Positions 12,761 to 25,050 of a DNA stretch of 64,000 bases are shown one piece after another. The stretch's first letter is position 1, and each line of letters opens with the position of its first letter. Source of the DNA: Lama guanicoe (taxonomy: Eukaryota); contig MU054001.1 of NCBI GenBank assembly GCA_013239625.1, positions 3,636,167-3,700,166 on the forward strand, read 5' to 3'. The translations under genes were made by a program, and so were the position numbers. The notes under the pieces are model-generated. The model had not been told where the DNA came from. It searched no databases and saw only the letters and a program-made list of their open reading frames with translations.

Positions 12761-14559
12761 CCCTTGGGGTGGGGGTTGTCCATGGCCTACTGACCCCATT
12801 GTCCCTCCTCCTGGGACAGGCTTCTCTCCTTCCACTCTTCCTTAATCACAACTCTGGGGGCTGCTAGCATCCACCCCCAGGCCCACTGCCAACACTGACC
12901 ATGTGTGGGACCCCTTGGAATGATACTTCTTCCGTGGGCCTCTGTTGTACCATGAAAACCACAGGGGAGATGAGCAGTCTGGGAACTTTCTTTGGGGACT
13001 TTGGTGAAGGGAGTTCAGGCCACCAGAGGGATAGGCCACCAGAAGGGTCAGGCCCTCAACTCTCAGAGAAACCCGATTTTACCTGTTTCACATTCCCTCA
13101 ATCAGTATTCTTAGCATATACCAAGCTTTGCGAGTCAAGACCACTGCTGATGTCACAGGTCCCTGACATGGTGCCTGTCTTCACAGGGGCTTCTAGTGTG
13201 ACCAAGGATAGCATTTTCACCCACAGCAAAGGTCAGCAGTTGTATCCAATAAAGAAAAAGAGAAGACAGTGGGGTCCCACAGAAGACTTGAAGGAGACGG
13301 GACTTGGGCTGTGTGACTGTCCATCCCCGCCCCTCTCCTCAGCGTCCTCCTAGAGCCTTGGGGTCAGAAAGGTATTCTGTGAGGATGTTCCTTGGGACTG
13401 GCCACTCCTGCTCCTCTTCCTCGGCACCACCTCCAGATATCAGAGCCTAGAGTCCGGGCTTTTCTCTCTAGAGGTCCTGCTCTCTCTGCCTGGTGGGCTC
13501 AACCACGATGATGGCTTCCAATCCCACCCCGAGTCTCTGCGGTCTGCGCTTGCTGCCCCAGGCCGCCGTCAAAGGGCTGGATCTATGATCCTTCCTACCT
13601 CTGGCCAGTTTTCCAACGTGCCCTTCTCATACATTTCGCTCAGCATGGCACCAAACCAGCTGGTCAAGAGAAAGGCAGCAGGAGCTCGTGTGTGAGCGCA
13701 CACACCAGAATGCCTCTCCTTGCACATGCACACGCATTTGTGTGCACATGGATCTGTGTGCATGTGTGATTGCCCCATCGAGCAGGTGTAGGGGGCTGGG
13801 TGTGAGCACTCACCCTTAGCTCCGTCTCTGTGTGTACACGTACCTGAGCAGCTTGGAAAGGAGCTGGAGCCTAGGCCGGGTCACGGGCCTGGGTCTACAC
13901 TTGGTTTTAGTGCTTTTCTGCAGGTGGCTAAATGAACAAAGACCAGCTTGTGGCCCCCAGCTCATACCTGCTGCCGCTCAGTTCAACCTGCTGTCACTGC
14001 CCAACACCCTCAACCTTCAACATCCACACTTTAATCCTCCTTGTTTGAAAGCTCAGCTCACTTTCCTCCTCCTCCAGGAAGTCTTCCAAGATGAAACCTT
14101 AGTGACATCCCTAGGGCTCCCCAAACCCTTGCCTAAGTCGCTGGTTGTGTTCGTGTTAACTGCTGTCCACAGGGCACCCCTGTTATTTGTGTAAGTACCT
14201 GCCTCCACTTTTTGCCCAAAGGCCCCAGGAGGACAGCAGCCACTTCGTGTTCAGTCTTGTGATTTCCCCACCCTCTGCCCTCACACGGTGCCTGTGTGCC
14301 GTGGGTGCTCAATCCACACCAGTTGGATCAAAAGCGGTGCAGTCAGCTGTCCCTCTGGAGGCGGGGGATAGGGGCCAAGGAGGCTAGTGGCCTCTCCCCT
14401 GGTTGAGAATCACTTTTCCCCAAGCACCCCCAGTCCCACCCCTTCCACGGGTCCTTTTTCCTGTCCCGCAGTCGCATTAAGCATACACACGCGTGCGTGT
14501 GCCGTAAAAGTAGCAATAATCCCCCAAATGAGCTGAGCAGCTACTCCGTAATGGATGCT

Positions 14560-15250
14560 TACCACCCGGTTTCATCAATTCTAAGAGGATTTTTTTTTTC
14601 CTTCCCATTTTCACGTTCTGAAATTGGGCCCCATCTCACCAGCGATGATGTCTCAAACCAGCAGCCAAGTGGCTGCCGTGATGCGGTTGTCATCGCCTGG
14701 GGAGCGCGGTCATAGCTGTTCCCATTGTTGACACGTCAGGGGAGTGCTCTGCATTGTTGTGCTGCCCGCGCTGAGTGTAATTGCCATTTTACGCATCTTC
14801 AGAAAGATCAGACTATGATTCAGCAATGGAATGAAAAGTTACTGTGCGCTCAGAAAGGCGCAGATGAGACGGCGGGCGTGCAGCTGGGATTAGTGAGGCA
14901 AATGCTTATTGTCGGAGAGACCACAATGCATGATTTTCTTGCAAAGCCACAGCAACGTGCATTATGGAACCTAAGACAGGAAGATAACCCAAGGAGGTGA
15001 AGTTGTCGTTGCTTTATACGCGCGAGATATGTTTGAAAGAATTGTCTAGCACCTGCCAAGAATGAACCCAAGGCAGAAGAAGTTGCCAAATACCTGGGAA
15101 TACATTACAAATACAAAAGCAACAAGAGACTGGCTCAGCTAATGATTGCCTCAAGCTATTCTTAAGATACTGCATCATTTTACTCAATATTTTTCTTTCT
15201 CGGCGATGCATAGTGCAATGTCGTGTCCTGCAACTGATTCTTAAATGAGA
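14560..15250 (+). mobile_element. TcMar-Tigger element (Tigger13a-like) with a decayed transposase N-terminus
   Basis: Terminus-like gtttcatcaattctaaga; relic frame from about 14793 reads ASSERSDYDSAME*KVTVRSERRR*DGGRAAGISEANAYCRR, resembling a pogo/Tigger HTH with stops. Confidence 0.75.
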
Positions 15251-15646
15251 TGTCCTATGGCACGTGCCCAGCGACATTTAATCCCCTCAAGACTCTAGGA
15301 TGTGGGTATTACAGGGGAGTCAGGAGTCCTGATGGTCAAAGCCACTGTAGTCAGCCCAGCAGTGCCCTGCAAGCCCAGAGTGTGTATCTCAGAGGCTGAG
15401 ACAGTTGACTGAGGCTTCTCTCTGTATCTCGCTTTTGGCTGGTAATCAGCAAACCAAATTGTCCCTTCACTATTCAAATACACCCTCTCCCAGGAAATGT
15501 AACAACCTGCTAGCACAAAGGCATTGTTTGCTCCACAAATGTCAGTTATATGCAGAATCCTGTCCTACTTTTTGCCATACCCACATGTTCTCTGCTGTTT
15601 CTATCTTAACCACTTTTATTTTAAAATCAACATTCTTTTCACTGTT

Positions 15647-15720
15647 CTGTACCAGTCAGCATAATTAGGATAATGCTGCAGTAACAAACAACCCCACAAA
15701 TCTTAGTGCTTTATAGTAGT
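15647..15720 (-). mobile_element. MLT1 LTR 3'-end fragment
   Basis: tgtaccagtcag...taggataatgctgcagtaacaaacaaccccacaaatcttagt. Confidence 0.55.
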
Positions 15721-15884
15721 CTAGGATTCCAGCTCAAGGTGAATGACCTGTCAACAAAGGAAAAGGCTACATGGAGAAAGCCATGACCAAAGCAGATGCA
15801 TCAGCGCCAAAGAAACAAGAGGAAAACATTCCAGTGGGGGGACAGTCAGTCTCCTCTGGACACCACAATGAGGATTGTCAATTA

Positions 15885-16204
15885 CAGTCAGCCTTCTGTA
15901 TCCTCAGGTTTCACATCCATGGATTCGGCAAACCACAGATTGAAAATACCTAGGAAAAATTTCCAGAGAGTTCTAAAAAACAAAACTTGAATTTGCTGCA
16001 TGCTGCCAACTAGTTACTCAGCCACAAGATATCACGTACTATAAGTAATCGACTGATGATGCAAGTTGTACTGAAGGATGTGCATAAGTTACATGCAAAT
16101 ACTACGCCGTTTTGTATAAGGAACTTGAGCATCCTTGGACTTCAGTATCTGCAGGGAGTGAGATGTCTTGGAACCAGTCTCCCAGGGATACTGAGGGACA
16201 ACTG
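15885..16204 (-). mobile_element. MER2 (TcMar-Tigger non-autonomous element)
   Basis: Inverted termini cagtcagccttctgtatcc...ggatactgagggacaactg, TA on the left flank, internal atgcaaatactacgccgttttgtataagg. Confidence 0.88.
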
Positions 16205-16339
16205 TTATTTCTTCCTTGCCTCCTTCAGACAGATCCTTCAGACAGATCCAATGAGATTGTGCAGTCACTTGAAAACATTGAATTTTAGCTGTTGTTGGCA
16301 ATCTTGTTGGTATTCTGTCCATATCTTAAAAGCCTGACC

Positions 16340-16772
16340 ATTTATTCTTGCCCTGACCAGCTCCCAGCTGCCAATATCTGGATAGCTTTGCCTGAGAGCT
16401 GTTCCCCAAGACTTGGAAGGCCTTTCGGGCTGTGTGCATATCAGGCTGGACATTCTAGGGCCTCAGTGTTCTGCGGGAGGACTCCTTCACCGATGACTCC
16501 TGGAATTTGGCGTCTAGCTCCCCAGGTCCTTCACCCTTTGATAGCATAACTCTAAGGCAGAGTTTTGCCTCATTTTCTGGAGTTTCTGGAGGGATTCCAC
16601 TCTGGGTGCCCACAGTGACAACTAGCTGAATAATGCACTCTGCCTCTGCTGTCTTCCCTGCCCACCGCCCAGCTGCTCACTCCCTAAGGAAACCACTTGC
16701 ACTCAAAGCCTTCTCTCCAAATTATCTTCTAGGGAAAGAGAGAGAGCTGTTAAACCTCCATACGTAAGACAC
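16340..16772 (+). mobile_element. ERVL-class solo LTR (LTR33/LTR16-related)
   Basis: gcccacagtgacaact...cacttgcactcaaagcctt...taagaca resembles the ERVL LTR 3' half. Confidence 0.55.
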
Positions 16773-17582
16773 ATGGAAGAAGCATCACTTGGCTTGTGGC
16801 AGAGCTGTGATGCCCTCAGCTGTGATTCCTGCCGCCCGCTATGCAGGCAATGACTGGCTGAGTGTTACTACCGAAGTCTGCTGCCGACACAGCCAGGAGC
16901 TGCTGGACTCGGTGGCTGCATGGGCGGGGACCAGGCTCAAGGAAGTCCTCCTGGAAGGCCCTTAGAACGCTGCCCCAAGTCCAGGCTCACAGATAAGGCC
17001 ATCAAGGCCCTGAGAAGGGGTGTCCAATGTTGCAGGGACACTTTGAGTGGAGACTAGAGGTTGGGATTTCTTTTAAACACATCTCAGGACACAAACCCAC
17101 AGATGGAGTGGGCTGGGGCATCTCCTTTCCCTCGTCCAAGTTTAGGGTGCTATTTCCTGGCACAGAGCTCCTAAAGCCCTTGGAACCTCCTGGGTGGCAG
17201 GAGTGTCCTTTATTATTCATAAGGACACTTTTCTGCACACTTGAGTTTATATAAGGAGGAGACTTAGGGTGGGATCCCTTGATAAACAGGGCTGCTCACC
17301 AGAAAGGTCAAGTGGCGGGAGGGTTGGAAATTTCAGCCCCATCCACCAACCTCTGGGAAGGAGTCTATAAACACTCTTGAGCAGTAAGATTTGGCGAGTG
17401 CCTGGGTTTGTGAACAAAGGAGGGTGGGAGGGTGGTGCACTGGGAGGGGCCGTGGAGGCTCAGTGCCTCCCTCACCCTCATACCTCACCCCAGCCTCTCT
17501 TCCATTTGTCTGTTCCTGAGTTGCATCCTCTTAAGTAAAATATTTCCATAAAGCATTTTCCAGGTGGGAACCCCCTAGTCTT

Positions 17583-17917
17583 TGTAGCCAAGTCAGACAG
17601 AAGGGTGGGCACCCTGGGGACCAATATTCATAACTGACGCTGAAATAGGGACAGTCTTATTGGGATTGAGCCCTTGAATCTGTGGGTCTGAGGCTGACAG
17701 TAGGTAGTTAGTGTCAGAACTGGACTGAGTTGTAGCACATCCAGCTGCTGTAGCCAAGTCAGACAGAAGGGTGGGCACCCTGGGGACCAATATTCATAAC
17801 TGACGCTGAAATAGGGACAGTCTTATTGGGATTGAGCCCTTGAATCTGTGGGTCTGAGGCTGACAGTAGGTAGTTAGTGTCAGAACTGGACTGAGTTGTA
17901 GCACATCCAGCTGCTGT
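17583..17917 (+). repeat. Perfect 166-bp tandem duplication
   Basis: 17583-17751 equals 17749-17917 by eye; the ORF track gives the same peptide (TAAGCATTQSS...GAHPSV) twice, 166 nt apart. Confidence 0.95.
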
Positions 17918-17920
17918 CTG

Positions 17921-18414
17921 TGTTACCAAGTCCAAGCTCATATTTACTACTCGGCGCATGACAAGCCAATGAATCGAGAGACGAATCGTTGGAACAAGGA
18001 ACACTGATTTTATTCAGAAAGCCAGCTCACCAAGAAGATGGTGGACTAGTGCCCCAAAGAACCAACCTTCCCAAGTTAGAATTCAGGCTTCTTTTACGCT
18101 AAAAGGGAGTTGGGGGTGTGGTTGCTTGTTTCAAACTTCTTGGTATTGGAATGCTTTGTCTCTGCAACTGTCCATGTGGGTCCGGTCATGACTTTCCTGT
18201 AAACCTCAACAAGACAAGGATTATTCTCTGTACTGCAATTTTTTTTATCTCTATATGAACGGAAAAGTGTTACACATTTACAGATCAGAGTCTTGAGAAT
18301 GGATCTCCTGTACACTTCAGGCTGTAGACGACATTGTTAACTTGTAGCAAAAGCAACAGATTACAATGGTTCTAGAAGCAGATCCAACATGGAGATTTGT
18401 TCTTCCCTATTACA
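17921..18414 (-). mobile_element. ERV1-class solo LTR, 494 bp
   Basis: Begins tgtta and ends ttaca; 4-bp TSD tctg at 17917-17920 and 18415-18418; tttatt near 18010 is AATAAA on the minus strand. Confidence 0.85.
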
Positions 18415-19569
18415 TCTGGACAATCAGGGAATTGGTTGCTTGGTTGTCAGAAATGCCAGTGTGAGTAGAAACAGTAGGTCAGATCCTTTCCCAGCCTGGG
18501 GGCCTGCTCTGGCCCTTGTTAGGAGAGTCTCCCCCTGTCATCTGCTCTCCTGCAGCCTGGCCCCTGCTCACCTGTCCCACCTCTTGTCTCACCACTCTTT
18601 GCCCCTCGAAATCCCTGCATCAGCATCAGGGCTCCATTCAGTTCCCAGAAGGAATGTTTCCTGCTCTTCACACCTGGGCTTCAGCTCTAGAGGATCCCTG
18701 CCCACTCTTCTTCCTTCCCTCTCCTTGCCCTGCCTCACCCTGCCAACTCCTGCCCACCCTCCATTCCTCAGCCCAAGCGCCACTTCCTCCAAGAAGTCTC
18801 CCTGCTTTGCTCTCTCACCACCCCCACCATTCCTCTTTGACAACTCTCGTCAACCACGTGGCCTGGGTCCACCAGATCACTGGCTCCGTGCCACCAGGAT
18901 TGCACCCAGATCATGGCAGGCAGGTGTCCGGCACTTGTGGAACGAATAGGTCCACACGGTACCACGGGGAGAGGGGCCAAGGGGCTGAGTATATTGAGAT
19001 GGGGGCTGGGGAGAGAAAACAAGATCCTCTTTTGACTGAGCCAGTGAAGTCACTGGAGAGAGAGTGAACCCAAGGAGTTATAAATAGCCTTGGAAATCAT
19101 GCATATTACATTAGGGGTGTTGGTGACAGCTTAAGTATATTTCCATAAGGTTCCATTATATTTACGTATTAGTTAATGGATACTTAAAATATTATGTTAC
19201 CGTAATGGTCATGTTTTATTAGCAAACTATCACATCAAACGGAGTTGCTAAGTGTGATGGAAAATTGGCTCTGCGGCTAGATTTCTGTATTTTCACACTG
19301 AATTTTTGATTTCTAATTCCCCTCCCACCCACTTCTGGTGAGGCGACGATTTTCTTCAAACACTTGTGATCACTGCCCTCCACCTGACTGAGAAGCTCGC
19401 AAGTGCAGAGTCGAGACCCTAGCCCTTCACCACAGGGCAAGAGTTTTAGCCTAGGGGGCTTTTTTGAATGATCCAAACACGGTTATTAATCTGCTATGTG
19501 ACATCAGATAAGTTTATCGCCCTCTCTGTGCCTTAGTACCTCTCTCTATTAAATGAAGAGTTAGAATTG

Positions 19570-19807
19570 TGTATTAATATTATTATTATTCAGGGTTCTC
19601 CAGAGCAACAGAATCAATAGAATGGATAAAAATATAGATGTAGATAAAGATATAAATATTTATTTTAAGGAATTGGCACACGATTGTGGGGACTGGCGAG
19701 TGTGAAATCTACAGGTCAGGCTGGCAGGCTGGAGACCCAGGGATGAGTCAGAGTTTGACCAAACACTGGGTATTATGGCCTAGCCCGATACCTAAAATTA
19801 ATCATCA
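19570..19807 (-). mobile_element. MLT2 (ERVL) LTR, internally deleted
   Basis: cagggttctccagagcaacagaa...ttttaaggaattggc...ggctggcaggctggagacccaggg and terminal aaaattaatcatca. Confidence 0.8.
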
Positions 19808-20669
19808 TGGTCTCTAAGCTTCTTAGGGCTCTTTGGATCGAATTCCAGATTATCTACAAAAGGACTTCAAACTCTGTTGCCTCCAGGCTGAGAAGGTGGC
19901 TGGAGGTAGCCATACGTCCAGAGGGACCCCAGGGCTTCCTAAGAGGGGGCAGGACTACACTGATCTTGTCCCCAGTGGGCTTCACTTCTTCCCTCTCCTC
20001 ATGGTGGCCCAGCCCCAGAGGAGGAGGGTTTGAAGCTTTGTTTCTTACAACCAAAGGGCAGCCCCCAAAGCACCTGCTAAAAGGTCATGTTTCTTTCAGC
20101 TTTTGTTCAAGAAGGCAAAGAATCTGAAGAGGAAGAGCCAGGGGAAAGGTGCTCCAGGTGGAGGGAAGAGTGTGTAAGCTGAGGCTGGGTCGGGGAGAAA
20201 TTGCTGGCATGGGAGGCAGAGTGAGAGCCGGGTCCTGGGAGCGTGGGGACAGGAGGAGGAAAAGTTGGGGTGTCTTCTGTGGCATCCTCATGCCCAGCAG
20301 CCCAGAGCCCTTGGGGTCCCCAGATGTGATGCTAGAAGCAATGGTTTCACCCTGCTCACAGGTAAGTCGAAAACCAGTGAGGGATGAGCTCGGGGCTACC
20401 ACCTCCCTACCAGATTTTCCCAGACCCCAGGCTCTCAGTTGTGCCCCAAAGCATAGGACAACAATGAGGCCTGGTGTGGTAAGAGAATGAACTTTGATGA
20501 AGATGGTTTAATCCCCCACTTCACCACTTGCTAGCTACCTAACCTCGAGACCAGTGACTTCTCTGAGTCAGTTTCTTCACCTGCATTAGGGTTGCAGAAA
20601 GGATTTGACACACCGATACACTGAAACCAATAAATAAGTAAAACTCAGTGAGGACCCCAGGATGTGCTC

Positions 20670-21090
20670 CAGAACACTTACCAGCTGGATGGCCTTGGAC
20701 AGCTTCTGCAGTTTTCCGATCTTCAGTTTCATCATCTGAAAAATGGGGCTATTAATAGCACATACCTCACAGGGACATCCATTCCTACTAGGTGCCAGAC
20801 ACTGGGCTGGACGCTGGAAATGCAAACAATGAACATGACAGGAAAAAATCCCTGTCCTCGTGGAGCTGACATTCCAGCAGCAGGTGTGGTCGTGGTGGCG
20901 GTGGTGAAATTATTATCAACATAGGACAGCAAAAATCTGTTTTAAAATATATGATAAGAGTGATGGAGAAAAATGAAGCAGGAAAGTGGGCTGGGGTCTG
21001 CCAAGAGTTTAATTTAATTTTAAATAGTCAGAGAAGTCCCCCCACCCCGAGAAGGTAACATTTGAGCATTAAATGAGATCATAGCATAAA
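20670..21090. mobile_element. MIR (+) adjoining or interrupted by an L2 fragment (-)
   Basis: tcagtttcatcatctgaaaaatgggg...acctcacaggg, then tgccagacactgggctgg...ccctgtcctcgtggagctgacattcca. Confidence 0.65.
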
Positions 21091-21092
21091 AA

Positions 21093-21252
21093 CAGAGAGA
21101 GCAAACCAAGACCCAGAGGGCCCATCAGGCCACGCCCATTCCTTCACTCATCACCTCTGATGCAGTTGAGTAGTTGTAGGGGATGCCCTACGGCCCACAA
21201 AGCCTCAAATAGTTACCCACTGGCCTTTTCCAGAAAAAGTTGGCCAACCACG
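21093..21252 (+). mobile_element. MER58A (hAT-Charlie)
   Basis: gccacgcccatt...agttgagtagttg...ggcccacaaagcct...tggccttttccagaaaaagttggccaacc. Confidence 0.75.
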
Positions 21253-21589
21253 AGCGGCAGCACGGCAGAGATGATCTGAATTCTACTAGGACTGGAAGAT
21301 CACTCTTAGGACTATTGTCAGGTGACAGCTAAATAATGGAGGTGCCAGGCACAGGGGACCCCAGGTGGCACCCCCTCCCGGCACCAGGCCAGGGCTATAT
21401 GTCTCAAATCCTGTTTGAAGAGTGTATAGCATCTTGACAGACAGAGCCGGGGAGAGGAGGGGCTGAGAAAAACAAGGGGAGACCAAAAGATTAGTGGTCG
21501 GAAATGACAGATTGTGTTTGGGAAATGGTAAGTGGCACAAGGAAACAGGCCTCCCATTTCCACCTCCCAAAATATCTCTCCCCTGCACG

Positions 21590-22030
21590 TGGCCAGCAGC
21601 AGGGCCCGGCCAGGGGGACCACCGGCTGTCAGCGGCGGCGGGGCAGCCGGCGTGGGCTGGCGGTGCCGGGCGGCCCGTTAGCCGCCTGATTGAGTTATGA
21701 CAGCTCTTCGCGCCCAACGGGAAGCCGGGCAAGGCGGTCCTAGCGGGGCCCTGCAGACAAATGATGATAAAGTGCTCACTTTAAGGAACCATCTCCATAA
21801 TATTTCATGCTCACGGCGGGGGGAGGGGGCGGGCAGGCTGCCCTGGTGACACAGCTAACTACTCCATCAATTGATTTGATTCACGGCGGCAGCTACTCCC
21901 AGTCATAATATTTCAAATAAATGGGGCCGTGGATAGAAATAATATCTGCATCAATATTAACCCTGAAAGAACTAATGGACATAAGCTATAATTTCCTGGA
22001 CACCCTAATAACGCATTTTGACCGTGGTTG
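21590..22030. promoter_or_regulatory. Candidate conserved non-coding element / developmental enhancer
   Basis: Repeat-free; CpG-rich 5' half, AT-rich 3' half; CTGTCA 21626, TGATTGA 21687, TGACAG 21698, multiple TAAT/ATCAAT. Confidence 0.6.
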
Positions 22031-23287
22031 GCATGGGACAATTTTTCTCTTTTTTTGCCTCTGCTTGTCTGTCCGTCTCTCTCCTCCTTCACCTCTGTCA
22101 GATCTGCTTTGTTCACCCCACTCTTATGGTTTGAGGGCCTCAGGGGATCTCCATCCTCACCTCCCACCGACCAGAACACCCGACCTGAAAGGAAAGAGAG
22201 GGAGACCAGCGTATTTCTCCTGAGCTGCTTGTGAAAACGCCGGGGGAAGGGGTGAGTAGGGTTGCTTGGCCAAAGACAGCTCACCTGGCAGGCTTGTTAG
22301 AAAGGAAGCCTGGCCCTTTTCTATCCTTCAAGCATCCAACAGAGGCTCCTTGTGCACCTACTATGTGCTGGGTACTTTACTGGGTCCTTGGGACACATCA
22401 GTGGATAAAAATGGAAAAAGTGTGTCCTGAGGAGGTTACATTAGAGTTGGGTGGGGGAAAGGGATAAACCCCAAACGCAAAAGTGATGAATTGCAGTCTG
22501 TAGCAAGGCTGAGATCCCTGGCAGTCCCAGAACTGCCCCGTCCCCAGACCCAGAGGAGCACAGTGTGATGGTTGAATCGGAGACAGCACGGACCTGTTCT
22601 TTTCTGCAGTGGTCAAGAACTTCAGAGAGCTACACGCAGCCCTCAGGGCGGTGAGGGGGGGGGGAGTTGTTTGGTCTGCATACTATTTTTCAAAAATTCA
22701 TTGATAAAATAGGAAAAGTAGATTTTGCTTAAAATCTGGTTTCCATTTTCTCTTCAGAAATGGGAAGATTCAGCATCACCCACCTTCTCACATAATGACA
22801 ACTGGCTGGAGATGGTTAGCATCTGCTCCCAGAGAGAGCATCCTCTGCAGTTCACCGCAGTCACCACTGATCCCAACTGTCGGCCCCGCCCGCCCATCAC
22901 CGCCCAGGCCGTCCTGGTGGACATCGGTACTCGTGGCCTCTGGTTTTTCATCTCAGCGCTGGTTTCCAAACTTCCCTGTGCTCCCCCGAGCCCTTCTCTC
23001 TCTAGACCCTTACTCCTAGGAACACCCTCTGCCCTTTCTTTGTTCCTCCTTTTGATCTCACTGCTTTCTTTCTTTCTTTTTTTGAATCATTTTGTGGCTC
23101 TAGAATCACGATGCTTGGGACACTGCATCACTTCCTGGAAACATTTAGAAGTGGGGTTGAAAACCAGGCATCTTCCCTTTCCAGGATTATCCCTGCCACT
23201 GCTGTTCGGTTGACTTCTGGCCTTGAAATCTTATTCCCTAATTTAAAAAGTGAACGAATACAAATGTAAGTACTTGAATACAGTGAT

Positions 23288-23375
23288 GTATATATACAGG
23301 TATATTATATATGTACATATGTATATATAGATATACATTTTATTTAAATTTTAATATTTTACTATATATAAATAA
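23288..23375. repeat. (TA)-rich low-complexity tract
   Basis: gtatatatacaggtatattatatatgtacatatgtatatatagatatac... Confidence 0.85.
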
Positions 23376-23904
23376 GTGAATAACAGTGTTCAGAATTGGA
23401 AGAAGCAGGATTTGTGAGAGTGTGAAAGTTGTGGCTGGAAGCAGGTAGATCTGGGTTAAGCCCAGCTGCTAAACTCCCGCTGTCTGCGGGAACTTGTCCC
23501 TTCGCTTCCTTATCTTAAAATGGTAGAGCAACAGAATCTACATCATAGTGTTTTTTTTTTGTGGGAATAAAATGAGATAAAGTATTTAATGCATATTGAG
23601 TGTCCAATCAGAATAGTGACTATTACACCTTTTCCATGGTTCATACTCTTCCCATTGTATTACTGCTCACTCTCCCTGGGGAGACGGGGCAGGATGGTGT
23701 GGGTCTGGGAGCTGGAGGTAAGCTCTGGCGATAACCCAGGGGTCACAGTTTTTTTAGGGCCTGGGTGGCTTTTCAAAGTGGTTTCCTGGCTAAGTTGACC
23801 ACACTATTGAACGTCTACAAACACTTCCGCTGGAGAGGGGCTTTCGCTCCAACCTGGAGGGCAGATGTGAGGGTTGTGTGTAAGTAACTACCATTCATTC
23901 AGAC

Positions 23905-24060
23905 CAGTGGTTTTTGGACTTCAACAGGCATCGGAAACACCCGGAGGGCTTGCCAAAGCCGAAATTAGTTGGCCTCTCCCACAGCATCTGAGAATTTGCA
24001 TTTCTACCACGGTCAGTCGCCGGTGATGTTGATGCTTCTGGTCCAGCACTTTGGGAACCA
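23905..24060. mobile_element. MER5A-like (hAT-Charlie)
   Basis: cagtggtttt...gcatcggaaacacccggagggcttgccaaa...ctgagaatttgcatttcta...cactttgggaacca. Confidence 0.7.
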
Positions 24061-24609
24061 TTCATTAAGATGATGATGTGGCAAGGAAGTCATGCCGAGG
24101 AAGGGTGGTTAGAAAGATGGACCCTCAGGATGCAGGGGCCAGAGAAGGTCTTGCTCTCTGCTGTCTGTGCCAACAGGCTGCACAGATAAGTACGTGAACA
24201 AATGCCCCCAGCTCTGTACTCAGAAACCCAGATTCCTCTATGTCTCCAGTGGTTTCCCTGAGTGGGGCAGGCGTAGCCACCAAGGAATGCAGTCTGATTC
24301 CGAGGACCCAGTGGCTGATGGCTGGGGCAGGTGGGGGGTCGGTGGGGACAGAGAAGTCTCCATGGGGCAGGATCTCTTCCTGAGATGGGAGGTGAAGTGG
24401 GGGTATGACAGGGATGGTGGCTCTAGGTGTGATCTTCGTACCTGCCAGAAAGAGCATACAGTTATCACCCATCCTGTGGATGGGGGAGCTCCCTGCCCCT
24501 CCAGTCTGGTCTTGTAGAAAGTTGTTAGCAGGTCACTTCCACCTTCCTTCCACTAAGGGTGCTCCCCATCCACTCCTTGGCTAGAAAGAGGAAGATGCCC
24601 ATATCGGAC

Positions 24610-25050
24610 ACCTCTTGTGCATCACTTCAAAACCTGTCACCCTCACCTCCCATTCTAGCCACTGCTGCAGAAGCCATATCCGCAGAGGCAGCGATAGCTT
24701 CGCACAGGTGCAACCCAACAGCACCTCACTTTGACCGGCACCCTGTTGGTCTCACTCCCTGCCAGAGCTCCTCTAATACCGTCTCATGGGATTCCCAGTA
24801 CCCACGCACGCACAACCCAGAAGTGAATGCCTTTCACTACAGGGGATGGAAACCAATGGATTATTGCTTCCGCCTTTCATCCTCCAGGTGGCAGCTCTGA
24901 TAGGTATGCCTTAAAGCTCCCCTAAAAGTCCCAGGGGATCAAGTTCAGTCATCCACATCAGTGGCCAACACCATTCAGCATCCTCGCGTTGGCCTTCCGA
25001 ACTTCCCAGGTTCTTGGCTCTCACCCTGCGTGCCTACTTCCTGGCACCAT
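24610..25050 (+). mobile_element. ERVL-class LTR (LTR16-related), diverged
   Basis: ggggatggaaaccaatgga...tcccaggggatcaag...cagtggccaac...acttcctgg. Confidence 0.5.

Larger units (their letters stand above)
17140..18455 (+). mobile_element. MER21-type LTR, with an internal duplication and split by a younger solo LTR
   Basis: cacagagctcctaaagcccttggaa, tcttccatttgtctgttcctgagttgcatcct and ggtagttagtgtcagaactggactgagttgtag match recalled MER21; resumes after 18414 (tctggacaatcagggaattggtt). Confidence 0.75.

Noticed and set aside
12313..12867. Overlapping 100-184 aa ORFs on both strands
   Set aside because: Explained by stop-codon scarcity in a GC-rich patch; Pro/Ala/Gly/Arg-rich with no homology I recognise
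14790..15110. Transposase coding region
   Set aside because: In-frame stops and apparent frameshifts; a relic only
24881..24894. CTCF-like motif cctccaggtggcag (similar at about 26233)
   Set aside because: Single partial matches are expected by chance at this GC content; this one lies in an old LTR and cannot be supported without ChIP data
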